From: Nemertoderma westbladi
Lineage: Eukaryota > Animalia > Xenacoelomorpha
DNA length: 64,000 nt
NCBI GenBank assembly: GCA_032718475.1
Contig: JAUCBJ010008861.1
Span: 8,088 to 72,087, forward strand
Direction of reading: 5' to 3'
Below, piece after piece: positions 25,950 through 39,829 of the stretch (positions are counted from its first letter, which is position 1; every line of letters begins with the position of its first letter). A program made the position numbers and the translations under genes. Below the pieces are notes generated by a model. That model worked only from the letters and a program-made list of their open reading frames with translations, did not search any database and was not told where the DNA came from.

Positions 25950-28912
25950 CTGCCTTTAAAATTACTTATTTACCAATTTATTCAAATAACTGTATTTTTA
26001 TCAGTTACGGTATTATTTCAATAATTTAGTAAGATTATTCCCCAGTAAAAGGGTTCTCACGCCATCTAGTGCTATCATGCCTGTATTGAACTTATTGCTA
26101 CATAGAACGTCCAACGAGCAAGTGATCTCTTATTGGCTTATAACAATTACATTCATCCCCCTAAAGTATATAATATTATAATACCTGTTGATTCATTACT
26201 GTTTGTTTGGAGTTCTGCAGGAGATTACTTCTCATGCAGACGTATTATACCCCTGGTTGATCGTAGCCAGCGGTATTTATTACATGTCTTATGTACCGAT
26301 AATTGAATTATAATTTGTACTCGTAATCTATTCTGTCGTTAAATATAATTTGTTCTCTCATCGCTGATTATACCGCCGATATTACGTAATCAAGGAGATT
26401 TTACACGCGCCAAATACAAGGTGGGTCTATGCAATTAAGTATCAGTGGTAATCTGGACAATTGTAATAGAAGCTTGTTGTTCTATCTCTGACTCGCTAAA
26501 TAATTAATATATGGCGATATACCAGACCATTAATATAAGAAAGGCTCTTATTATTAATTGTACCACGATTGAGAGTTGTCATAAATTAATTACGATATAA
26601 ATATTTGTATAATCGTACACAAAGGCAAGTCACTAAACGTTTCTCCTAAAGAGAAACACAAATACCGCCACAGGGTGTTGTCACACCCTCCCGGCATCGT
26701 ATCTCAGTGAAATACAATAGATAATCAAATACCATAACAAACCAACTTATGAGAGGAAGGCAAAGGGGAAGCTACGATCGATACAGTAAGTGGCCCTTGT
26801 TGACAGGTACGGTACACTAGCGCAATCCCGTTTATTGTGTCAGACCAGTGGTTTATACGTCATAGATGCATGAGTTCTCAGCTCCAACTATTATAAGCTC
26901 CAAATTACACAAATTGAGATTGAATGAACATAATTTACTAAAAGCGCTAACAGTAATAAATATTTTAACACCAGCCCTCCTCTCTTTTTGACTGTTTTGG
27001 TTTGCTTATTCATTATTAATGTGCTTATATTTCTCTAATTTCGACTGATCATCGTAATTGATAGGGATTTGGTGCATAAATATTTATCAATTTATTGTAA
27101 ACACTGATCCCGTTTATTGTTTTTGTTGCAAGAATTTGATAAACTTATTTACTGGTGTATGTATAACTGGAGAGTGTAAAGAAGTACTTTATATACCATT
27201 ATTTATAATTGGTGTATTTGTTGCTTTTTGCTTTCACGTATTTTTGAGTTTTGAACATTAACTGACAGCGCCCTACGTTTTGTTGGACCTTGTAAGGCGT
27301 AGACGTTCGTTTTCTACTATAAGCCGGGTACAATAGGTAAATTCCCACGGCAATAATTCTAGATTGGTCGGGTCAGATAATAGACGGAATCTCATATTTA
27401 CCGTAAAACATTTTGCTGCAAGTCTGCCTACTGTGAATTACTGGTATCTGATTGCTTGGCTTCATAGTGTATTAAGTAAATGCGTAATTATTCTGTAGGC
27501 CTCATTTTATCCCCTATTTCATTCCTATTTCCATTATTGGAACACATAAAGTTTTTATCTCCTTGTGGGAGGAAATATAACTTTATTTCTGACGAATTAC
27601 CTTTCATACTTGGTTTTATGAAATTGAGGCGCAGAAGTACGACTGGCCCATCAACAATATCCAAAACATAGTCTCTGGATGAATCGTGGGGCACCCCCGT
27701 TTCTTTAATCGAGTTTCGAACTGTTATTTATCGACTTACCCTCAGTACAGACTTATTAGTTCGATTTTTTCATTCGATCGGAACCATTTTCTGCGATCTT
27801 AGCCGATCAACTGTTCGTTATACCCGACATTAGGCGACGTAACTAAGAGTCCTAATTAGCGTATGCGGCAATAGCGGGGACGCATTCTACTAACTGTATC
27901 TATTGTTTTATTTGTGCTATTAACGTTTGCCTCTTGTCTGGTTTCGACTTCCAAAACGCTCGAAACATTTACAAACCCCCTGTTAAATTCCCACTGTCTT
28001 ACCGTCCTATTAATTTGTTTTATTTGCGTACTACCCAGAAGTAAACTCAAAGTTTACACCCCCATTTTGTAACATAGGTACTTTAGGTATAAGTAACGTT
28101 TTTGTACTAATTTTATAATTGTGCGGTTTTTTATTCCGATATTATAATTCCATAATAAATATAAAAGGAACATTTAACCGATATTCATACATATTATCGA
28201 GCTATTTAACATTTTCAGCTCATTATTGCCACTTCAGATCCATTATTTGCAACTTGGACCTCTGTCAGCGTAATATTTGAAAAACCAATATATTTCTTGG
28301 GTGGAATTATTTGTCGATTTACAGGCAATATCAGTCACATGACCAGTCCTCTCACAGAGTAACCCTGACAACCCGATAGGTTAACGTTATCTGCCTCAGT
28401 AGCTGTAGACAGGTATGCCACATTGCAGTGATAGCCATTGTACCTTAGCCCGCTTGCTCCAGCTTACACAACTGATTGGTGATTGGCTGTGTTACTCCAA
28501 GGCAAAGCATACCCTCTTCCTAGTAATGGTATACTACCTAATCCGGCCTCACCTTCATTGCTGCTTGGTTGTGTTAATCTCTGAACCAATTGGAGATCAT
28601 TATTGCTCTTAGTGATACTTTTGCCCGTAAAGAGTTAAATCCGATAATTCTCCCCATCTAGCGGTGAAATAAAATATCTATCACGACATTATTCTACACA
28701 AATAAATTGCCAGTCTCATTTTTATTATTTACCGGTGTTTGGCGATTTGTGAGATTGAATATAGTGCCGTGTTATTTATTTGGGTGCAATTGTAATAACT
28801 ATTTATAATATATTATTGCTGTTGCAATAAAAGGTCGATAATAAAGGGAAGGCATAACAATCACAAAAGGGTTTAATAAAATAAAATTTCGTTGAAATAA
28901 TATTTAACAAAA
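25950..28912 (+). other. Putative LTR/5' leader of a third BEL/Pao-like element
   Basis: About 3 kb of non-coding sequence upstream of a gag-like ATG, the same layout as 61166-63931; termini not identified. Confidence 0.3.
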
Positions 28913-30310
28913 ATGTCTTATCGCTCAAGTGCTAATAAAAGTGCTTCAGACAGTTCCCTTAGTGACCAAACTTCCAATCTTGATGTGACTGCGATACCAA
29001 TGCATTCTGACTCAGACAGATCCCCGACTAGAGAATTGCACGAGCCGGAGCGCCCTGGTTCCAATCAATTAGAAAACCCTATTATGCCCTCGAAATTAGA
29101 TCGACCACCCCCTGTCACCCGAACTGACCAGTCCACTGCTGGCCTCGAAATACAAATGGACCAACTGACAGCGACTTCCGACTTGGACCGGACGGAAGTT
29201 GACACAGCCACAGGATTAAACCTGCCGATAGGGACGGACCCATTAATGGCCCCTTCCCCAGGTTTATTAATCGGTCTACTAAGGGCTATTGACAATTACA
29301 GAGCCTCCGAAAGGGGTTTGAAAGTACAGATACTTTCAAAGACCGTTCCAGAGATGAAACAGAATGTATTGCAATACTACAATTATCCTTCAATGGATAA
29401 GTTGTTTCCATTACATTCTGCCACCTCTGACGAACTAACGGAGTTGAAGGTACCAGCTGACCCCACTAATATTTCCAAGGTGGGAAAGACCCTGAGAGGA
29501 TTTCAGACCGGATTTATTAAACAAATATCCGGCTTTGAAGCCATCTTAAGGGACCCCAATGTAGACAACACCCCCTCTCTCTTATATGACATCAAGGAAA
29601 GAATCATATGTATTCGTATCATTCTTTCGGCCTTCCACCAATCCGCGGTCAGGACAGGAGCCACAGTCATAGAGACCACGTCCCTTGAGAACATAAGAAA
29701 ATTCGCCACCTCAGCGCAAACCTGCCTCTCCTTCCAGGATGAACCTTCTCAATCCGTAGAATTAGATTCAGACCATCCGTCCATAACTGTTGCCTGTGAT
29801 GTTGAAGGGTACACTCAAACCGAACCTGAGACTCAAATGGCACAAGAAGACGCTATTCGCCAACACTTGGGAGAATACATAAAGGCAGTGGGGTAGCAAG
29901 AGTTGATAAAAAGATTGCGCGGACACCGCCCAACTAGACCCACCACTAAAAGGATCCTAAAAGAAATCGACCAAGATATGGATTTACAAAGCCAAAAGAA
30001 AGGCGGATCAAGGAGAAAAAACAAAGTAGATTAAAACAATTAGACAATCAAGTGGATGACGAATGATTAAAGCATGAGTATAAGGCTGAGGAAAGGGAAG
30101 CCGAGGAACAAAGATGCAAATTGGAAGCGGAGGAACAAAAACTGAAGGCGGAGGAACAAAAACTGAAAGCGGAGGAACAAAAACGCAAATTGGAAACGGA
30201 GGAACAAAAACTGAAAGCGGAGGAACGAAAACTGGAAGCAGAAAAACAAAGGCATGAGAACCAGTTTTTAGCAGAACAGAAAAGAATACAAGCAGAAAGG
30301 GAGTGAGAGA
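28913..30310 (+). pseudogene. gag-like N-terminal ORF with KAEEQKL coiled-coil repeats, truncated by a satellite
   Basis: 327-aa ORF followed by frameshifted E/K heptad repeats; layout like the N-terminus of ORF 54110-61165 (GFQTGFIKQI vs SVGGYMAHI). Confidence 0.55.
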
Positions 30311-30318
30311 TTATACTA

Positions 30319-33300
30319 AGCTCATGGATTCAATTTAACTACACGAGTTAGTTAAATCGCCTCCGCTTTGCAGGACATTGCTTTCGCCGTGAGGACCAGC
30401 CAGTGCATAATCTTGTACTTTGGCAGCCTCATGGAGTGAATAAGCATGGTGGACAGCCCATGACTTTCTTGAGACGCATCTTAAAGGACACTGGCCTTAA
30501 AGATGCGGATGATCTAGCAAATGTCATGGGTGATAGGGAGTTGTGGCGGTGCAATTTTGTTGACAAGCCGGCACAGCATTCTTAAAAATGCAGCTGCAAT
30601 GCAGCATGCCGATCCTAGTAGTAGTAGTAGTAGTACACGAGTTAGCCTCATGGATTCCATTTAACTACACGAGTTAGCACTCATGGAATTCCATTTAACT
30701 ACAAGAGTTAGCGCTCATGGATTCCATTTAACTACACGAGTTAGTGCTCATGGATTCCATTTAACTACAAGAGTTAGCGCTCATGGATTCCATTTAACTA
30801 CACAAGTTAGCACTCATGGATTCCATTTAACTACACGAGTTAGCGCTCATGGGTTTCATTTAACTACACGAGTTAGCCTCATGGATTCCATTTAACTACA
30901 ACGAGTTAGCACTCAAGGATTCCATTTAACTACATGAGTTAGCCTCATGGATTCCATTTAACTACACGAGTTAGCCTCATGGATTCCATTCAACTACAAG
31001 AGTTAGCACTCATGGATTCCATTTAACTACACGAGTTAGCGCTCATGGATTCCATTTAACTACACGAGTTGTCGCTCATGGGTTCCAATTAACACTACAC
31101 GAGTTAGCGCTCATGGATTCCATTTAACTACACGAGTTAGCGCTCATGGATTCCATTTAACTACACGAGTTAGTGCTCATGGATTCCATTTAACTACAAG
31201 AGTTAGCGCTCATGGATTCCATTTAACTACACAAGTTAGCACTCATGGATTCCATTTAACTACACGAGTTAGCGCTCATGGGTTTCATTTAACTACACGA
31301 GTTAGCCTCATGGATTCCATTTAACTACAACGAGTTAGCACTCAAGGATTCCATTTAACTACATGAGTTAGCCTCATGGATTCCATTTAACTACACGAGT
31401 TAGTGCTCATGGATTCCATTTAACTACACGATTAGCGCTCATGGATTCCATTTAACTACACGAGTTAACCTCATGGATTCCATTTAATTACACGAGTTAG
31501 CGCTCATGGATTCCATTTCACAACAAGAGTTAGCGTTCATGGATTCCATTTAACTACACGAGTTAGCACTCATGGATTCCATTTAACTACACGAGTTAGC
31601 CTCATGGATTCCATTTAACTACACGAGATAGCCTCATGGATTCCATTTAACTACAAGAGTTAGCGCTCATGGATTCCATTTAACTACACGAGTTAGCCTC
31701 ATGGATTCCATTTAACTACACGAGTTAGCGCTCATGGATTCCATTTAAGTACACGAGTTAGCCTCATGGATTCCATTTAACTACACGAGTTAACCTCATG
31801 GATTCCATTTAATTACACGAGTTAGCGCTCATGGATTCCATTTCACAACAAGAGTTAGCGTTCATGGATTCCATTTAACTACACGAGTTAGCACTCATGG
31901 ATTCCATTTAACTACACGAGTTAGCCTCATGGATTCCATTTAACTACACGAGATAGCCTCATGGATTCCATTTAACTACAAGAGTTAGCGCTCATGGATT
32001 CCATTTAACTACACGAGTTAGCCTCATGGATTCCATTTAACTACACGAGTTAGCGCTCATGGATTCCATTTAAGTACACGAGTTAGCCTCATGGATTCCA
32101 TTTAACTACACGAGTTAGCCTCATGGATTCCATTTAACTACAAGAGTTAGCGTTCATGGATTCCATTTAACTACACGAGTTAGCACTCATGGATTCCATT
32201 TAACTACACGAGTTAGCCTCACGGATTCCATTTAACTACACGAGATAGCCTCATGGATTCCATTTAACTACAAGAGTTAGCGCTCATGGATTCCATTTAA
32301 CTACACGAGTTAGCCTCATGGATTCCATTTAACTACACGAGTTAGCGCTCATGGATTCCATTTAACTACACGAGTTAGCCTCATGGATTCCATTTAACTA
32401 CACGAGTTAGCCTCATGGATTCCATTTAACTACAAGAGTTAGCGCTCATGGATTCAATTTAACTACACGAGTTAGCCTCATGGATTCCATTTAACTACAC
32501 GAGTTAGCACTCATGGAATTCCATTTAACTACAAGAGTTAGCGCTCATGGATTCCAATTAACTACACGAGTTAGTGCTCATGGATTCCATTTAACTACAA
32601 GAGTTAGCGCTCATGGATTCCATTTAACTACACAAGTTAGCACTCATGGATTCCATTTAACTACACGAGTTAGCGCTCATGGGTTTCATTTAACTACACG
32701 AGTTAGCCTCATGGATTCCATTTAACTACAACGAGTTAGCACTCAAGGATTCCATTTAACTACATGAGTTAGCCTCATGGATTCCATTTAACTACACGAG
32801 TTAGCCTCATGGATTCCATTCAACTACAAGAGTTAGCACTCATGGATTCCATTTAACTACACGAGTTAGCGCTCATGGATTCCATTTAACTACACGAGTT
32901 GTCGCTCATGGGTTCCAATTAACACTACACGAGTTAGCGCTCATGGATTCCATTTAACTACACGAGTTAGCGCTCATGGATTCCATTTAACTACACGAGT
33001 TAGTGCTCATGGATTCCATTTAACTACAAGAGTTAGCGCTCATGGATTCCATTTAACTACACAAGTTAGCACTCATGGATTCCATTTAACTACACGAGTT
33101 AGCGCTCATGGGTTTCATTTAACTACACGAGTTAGCCTCATGGATTCCATTTAACTACAACGAGTTAGCACTCAAGGATTCCATTTAACTACATGAGTTA
33201 GCCTCATGGATTCCATTTAACTACACGAGTTAGTGCTCATGGATTCCATTTAACTACACGATTAGCGCTCATGGATTCCATTTAACTACACGAGTTAACC

Positions 33301-35222
33301 TCATGGATTCCATTTAATTACACGAGTTAGCGCTCATGGATTCCATTTCACAACAAGAGTTAGCGTTCATGGATTCCATTTAACTACACGAGTTAGCACT
33401 CATGGATTCCATTTAACTACACGAGTTAGCCTCATGGATTCCATTTAACTACACGAGATAGCCTCATGGATTCCATTTAACTACAAGAGTTAGCGCTCAT
33501 GGATTCCATTTAACTACACGAGTTAGCCTCATGGATTCCATTTAACTACACGAGTTAGCGCTCATGGATTCCATTTAAGTACACGAGTTAGCCTCATGGA
33601 TTCCATTTAACTACACGAGTTAACCTCATGGATTCCATTTAATTACACGAGTTAGCGCTCATGGATTCCATTTCACAACAAGAGTTAGCGTTCATGGATT
33701 CCATTTAACTACACGAGTTAGCACTCATGGATTCCATTTAACTACACGAGTTAGCCTCATGGATTCCATTTAACTACACGAGATAGCCTCATGGATTCCA
33801 TTTAACTACAAGAGTTAGCGCTCATGGATTCCATTTAACTACACGAGTTAGCCTCATGGATTCCATTTAACTACACGAGTTAGCGCTCATGGATTCCATT
33901 TAAGTACACGAGTTAGCCTCATGGATTCCATTTAACTACACGAGTTAGCCTCATGGATTCCATTTAACTACAAGAGTTAGCGCTCATGGATTCCATTTAA
34001 CTACACAAGTTAGCCTCATGGATTCCATTTAACTACACGAGTTAGCACTCATGGAATTCCATTTAACTACAAGAGTTAGCGCTCATGGATTCCATTTAAC
34101 TACACGAGTTAGTGCTCATGGATTCCATTTAACTACAAGAGTTAGCGCTCATGGATTCCATTTAACTACACAAGTTAGCACTCATGGATTCCATTTAACT
34201 ACACGAGTTAGCGCTCATGGGTTTCATTTAACTACACGAGTTAGCCTCATGGATTCCATTTAACTACAACGAGTTAGCACTCAAGGATTCCATTTAACTA
34301 CATGAGTTAGCCTCATGGATTCCATTTAACTACACGAGTTAGCCTCATGGATTCCATTCAACTACAAGAGTTAGCACTCATGGATTCCATTTAACTACAC
34401 GAGATAGCGCTCATGGATTCCATTTAACTACACGAGTTGTCGCTCATGGGTTCCAATTAACACTACACGAGTTAGCGCTCATGGATTCCATTTAACTACA
34501 CGAGTTAGCGCTCATGGATTCTATTTAACTACACGAGTTAGCGCTCATGGATTCCATTTAACTACAAGAGTTAGCGCTCATGGATTCCATTTAACTACAC
34601 AAGTTAGCACTCATGGATTCCATTTAACTACACGAGTTAGCGCTCATGGGTTTCATTTAACTACACGAGTTAGCCTCATGGATTCCATTTAACTACAACG
34701 AGTTAGCACTCAAGGATTCCATTTAACTACATGAGTTAGCCTCATGGATTCCATTTAACTACACGAGTTAGCCTCATGGATTCCATTCAACTACAAGAGT
34801 TAGCGCTCATGGATTCCATTTAACTACACGAGTTAGCGCTCATGGATTCCATTTAACTACACGAGTTGTCGCTCATGGGTTCCAATTAACACTACACGAG
34901 TTAGCGCTCATGGATTCCATTTAACTACTCGAGTTAGCGCTCATGGATTCCATTTAACTACACGAGTTAGCGCTCATGGGTTCAATTTAACTACACGAGT
35001 TAGCGCTCACGGGGGTTCCATTTAACTACACAAGTTAACGCTCATGGATTCCATTTAATTACACGAGTTAGCGCTCATGGGTTCCATTTAATTACACGAG
35101 TTAGCACACATAGATTCCATTTAATTACACGAGGTAGCGCTCATGGGTTCCATTTAATTACACGTGTTAGCGCTCATGGGGATTCCATTTAACTACACGA
35201 GTTAGCACTCATGGATTCCATT
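30319..35222. repeat. 32/33-bp satellite (roughly 150 units) with higher-order structure
   Basis: Unit ctcatggattccatttaactacacgagttagc(g); variant marker tcatggaattcc recurs at 30681, 32511 and 34049. Confidence 0.97.
30352..30633 (+). mobile_element. Second short RTE-like 3'-end insertion, inside the first satellite unit
   Basis: Near-identical to 6858-7123; (TAG)n tail; 12-bp TSD TACACGAGTTAG at 30340-30351 and 30634-30645. Confidence 0.88.
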
Positions 35223-35639
35223 TTAAACTTTGTAAGAAAGTAAATTTCTCACCACCGGCTGTGGACTGTATCTGTAAATAATATTGTAATGATCCCTGCC
35301 CATTGATCCTTCATGCCAAACTGCAATGTTCTAGTGAATCCCGGGTTGTGCTATGTCGACAAGTTGCGTTAACACTACTTAACTGCATATTATTTAAATT
35401 ATTTTAGTTAACTCTTACTATATCTGTCAAGTACCTAGATCTGCCTAACTGTTTCATGCCGAAGGGTGCCTTAAATTTTAGAATTATATTTATTTTATAC
35501 TAGAAAGCATGTAGCCCTTCGGGCCGCAGCTTTCTAGTGCACGTGCAGAGGATATATGAATTTGTGTGGAGAAATGTGTCGCAGATTGGAGAACTACAAC
35601 GAAACAGACACTATCGTAAAATAAAACACTGCTACTGAT

Positions 35640-36560
35640 AACTATCAAATTTCAACTTAAGCTTCAGCTTATTGTAAATAACAAAATTTCGAGAAAATGT
35701 TCACATTCAGACATTTTACCCTCTACCTGCACACTGCGACTGTTGAAATGCAAATGGCGCCGCAGTTCTGTAAAGATGGAGTTTATGGTGAAGTAAGATG
35801 CCTGCTTGTCAAGTTTCAGCTTAAACAGATTGTAAATAACAAAATTTCGAGAAAATGTTCACTTTCAGGCATTTCGCCCTCTAGCTGAAGACAGGGGAAC
35901 TATAGATGACTCAGTGACTCCGTAAAGATTGAGCCTATGCTGTAGTTAGAAACCTGCCAAGTTCCAGCTGAAAAGGATTAAAAACAACCAAATGAGATCA
36001 GGTTTTCACTATCCGACATTTCGCCATCTAGCGGCAGACTACGGATCTGTAGATAATGCCACGACTCCGTAAAAGATATAGCATATACTGAAGTAGATAC
36101 ATACAAAGTTTCAGTCTACGCGGATTGTAAATCACCAAATGAGATCAGGTTTTCACTATCAGACAATTCACCCTCTAGCGGCAGACTGGGGAACTATAGA
36201 CGACTCTGCGACTCTTTAAAGATATAGCCTATGCTGAAGTAGATGCCTATCAAGTTTCAGCTCAAAAGGATTAATAACAACCAAATTAGATCAGGTTTTC
36301 ACTATCAGACAATTATTATAGACGACTCTGCAACTCTTTAAAGATATAGCCTATGCTGTAGTAGATGTTTAAACATTTAAACCGTTTAAACCAAGTTTAA
36401 ACCTAAGCGGATTGCAAATAACAAAGTTGGAGACGATTTTCACTTTAAGACAATTCGCTCTCTAGCGGCAGACTAGGGAACTGTAGACTACTCTGGGAAG
36501 AGGTAAGACAGTTCGCCCTCTAAAGGCAGAATGGGGAACTGTAGACTACTGTGGGAAGAG
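35640..36560. repeat. Degenerate ~130-150-bp tandem repeat carrying cgccctctagcggcag motifs
   Basis: Recurring tttcactatcagacaattcgccctctagcggcagact...aagtttcagct units. Confidence 0.75.
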
Positions 36561-39134
36561 GTGTCACTTATGACACCCCTTGGGCAGCTTTGCGACAGTT
36601 GGACATCACTGATAACCATTGTGTGATTGTATGTCAGGGTGCTAATCAGTCTGATTAATTAGGATAATCAATTAAACCCTAATTAGGATTCATAAGACAC
36701 CTATTAGGGATTCAATGTACTAATTAATTATAATGAATAACGTATCGTATACTAAATTTATTGTGTATTTTTTTTATAGTCAAATTCAGATTATAATAGA
36801 CATCCAATGAACTTTAATGACTATTAGTTTTTTATTACATTAACACAAAAAACCTTATACTTACAATAATCAAACTGTAGGAGGATATCTAACATTTAAC
36901 ATTACATATATGTACATACTAATTAATTGATGACACCTGTCAATTAGGGTCTAATTTGCCTAATTATGAGGTGTCACCCAGACACCTCCTGAGTAGACCA
37001 GAAGTGACCTACTGTATCATATAAAATAGCCTATCATAATGTTCCACAAGAAATCACAGTTAATTTGGCATCAGGTCATTCCAATGAAATTCCATACGAA
37101 TTTAATATATATAAATATGACTTGAATCTATCGGTTGTATTCAATTCGCTTGGATTATTTAAAAGGCGTGACAATTTAATTGATTCTAAATATGTTTTAA
37201 AGTTTAAAGTTTTAATGTTCTAAAGAATATTGTTCTAAAATATTAATTTGTTGAAAACAAAGAGCACAAAAAACTGAAGCACAAAAAGTCGTAGATTCCG
37301 CCTGTAACTAACTGTCTGTATAATTTATTGAGTATGACCATGTTTTTTTTATACAGAATGAAAAATTTCTGCCCATGTTGATTCCTAAATTAGAGAAATA
37401 AGAATTGAGAATAACAAATTATGATACGAAGTTTATCAAGGGATTGTTATATATTGATGTTTTATTTTATATTAATATTAATACAGTCCCGCTCACCAAC
37501 AGAGTGCCATCGGATCCGATCGGATCCAACACACTCCGACAGCTTCAAACAAGCACAATGCTAACCTACGGAGATTTAGTACTGTTTGATTCTGTTGGAG
37601 AAAATATTTCCAACAAGTTTAGTCTGTTGGAGCCCATCTGAATCTGTCTGAAATCCGTCGGAAAGTGTTTGAAATTTCTGTTGGATGTTGTTGGAAGCTA
37701 TCTGAAGTTGTTTGAAGTTGTCTGAAGCTGTTTGAAATTGTCTGAAACTGTTTGAAGTTGTCTAAAGATGTTTGACGCCATCGGAATTTGTTGGAATTTG
37801 CCAAATGCCTTACAAAAGCGTAGTTCATTAACAAAATGTCAATCACTTTAACTCTCAATTTGGAGTGATTGTGAGGGTGTGCTATTGTCAATTATAAACC
37901 GAAACAAAGATTTGTTTCATTTAACAATTTTTATTTACATAATTATGTCGTTAATTATATCAATTAATTAATTAGCATGCATAAACGAATAATAAATTCC
38001 TATAATATAAATTCCGATAAATGGATATAATAACACCAACACATTTTTAATTCCTTAATTTAATTAGAAATGTAAATAATGCTATAAATATATTAGTTTC
38101 TTTGACGTAGGGCACTAAATACTGCACATAAACAGATATAATCACAAACAGATTAAGCAAACAGTAAATATAATTACAATGAGTGAAAAAAATATTTTTG
38201 GTTAATTTTATTAGTTGTGTTGAAAGAGCATCGAAATGAAAAGGTTTGCACGTAATACTTCTAGCCCAACTATTTTTTCCTGCACCTACCCTATTTGAGT
38301 AAATTACATTCACACACTCAAAAGTTATTGCAACTTTAGTCTCAGCAAGGCGAACTTCGAAACGGAACTCCATATCCAATATTGGTTTGTAGTTAAGCGG
38401 TTCCCTAGTTACGAAATAAATATTCGAGAACAATAAATTATTTAACATTGAGTAAGGCAGCATTTAGGCAGAATTTAGGAACAAACAATTACCTATTTAA
38501 GAATAAAATTACCTATACATGGGAAAACTTATTTTGAATATTATCACTACCCTTTAGTAATGATGGGTCGAAAGTCCCCCCTAGCCCTTCACAAGGGAGG
38601 GTGGACGTAGGGACGGGGCCCAACGCCAACATATCGTGATAGTTTGTCACATTGGAAGGGGGGGGGGGGGGGGGGGGTGATGAAACGTATGGCTGTTAAT
38701 GTTAAACGTGAATGAATTAATATCATAAAGTAGTATTGAGCATTACGCACAACCATAATAGATTAGATAGAGAATTGGGAATGTGAAGGCCCTTGTTTTC
38801 ACGTGACTGCCATGCCATATTATGATGATGTGCCAATTGGATGTCTCCACGAGAAAGAGCACAAAATGTTAATTGAGAAGGTATTTTTTTATGATTATTG
38901 GACCTACTTGTCAATTTATAAGACAACTTCAAGTTTCCGGAATGAAGACAGGACTCGAATAAGTGACTCTGCGGTCTTTGCGGGATTACACGGAATAGAC
39001 TTATCTTCAAAATGAGATCTTCAAAATGTATAATCTCCAGTTTTAATGGTCGTACGAAGTTCGTTTTAGGCTCATTTGAAAGCTCTTTTCTTAGAGAACA
39101 AAGTTACCATTTGATTTAAGATAAAATGCTTGTG

Positions 39135-39815
39135 AATGTTACCAATTAAGGGAAAGGTGCAGGTTACAAGGACGCTCTTTCTAACCAAAACAATAAACGA
39201 TGTTGTTACCAATTGAGTGAAAGGAGCAGGTTACAGAGGCGGGCTTTTCTAACCAAAACAATAAATGATATTGTTACCAATTGAGGGAGAAGAGCAGGTT
39301 ACAGTGGCGGGCTTTTCTAACCAAGACAATAAAACGATATTATTACCAATCGAGGAAAGGAGCAGGTTACAGGTACGCTCTTTCGAACCAAAACAATAAA
39401 CGATGTTGTTACCAATTGAGGGAAAGGAGCAGGAACAGGGACGCTCTTTCTAACCAAAACAATAAACGATGTTGTTACCAACTGAGGGAAAGGAGCAAGT
39501 TACAGGGACGATCTTTCTAACCAAAACAATAAACTATGTTTTTACCAATTGAAGGAGAGGAGTAGTTTACAGAGGCGGCTTTTCTAAACAAAACAATAAA
39601 CGTTGTTTTTACCTACTAATTGAGAGAAAGGAGCAGGTCACAGCAGCGGGCATTTCTAACCAAAACAATAAACGTTGTGTTGTTATCTACCAATTTAAGG
39701 AAAGGAGTAGGTTATAGAGGTGGGCTTTTCTAAACAAAACAATAAAAGTTGTTTTTACCTACCAATTGAGGGAAAGGAGCAGGTTACAGCAACAGGCTTT
39801 TCTATCCAAACAATA
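39135..39815. repeat. ~59-bp minisatellite
   Basis: Unit ttgagggaaaggagcaggttacag...ttctaaccaaaacaataaacgatgttgttaccaa, about 11 copies. Confidence 0.9.
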
Positions 39816-39829
39816 TACATTGTTATTCA

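Noticed and set aside
25950-28912. Self-priming pair in the third putative LTR
   Set aside because: I could not define the LTR end or find a convincing complementary pair by eye
30319-35222. CRISPR array (32-33-bp palindromic repeats)
   Set aside because: Units are head-to-tail with no unique spacers, there are no cas genes, and the context is eukaryotic
36600-39100. Host protein-coding exons in the AT-rich interval
   Set aside because: Only short ORFs with no recognisable domain; the region contains simple 10-bp repeats (37690-37770)
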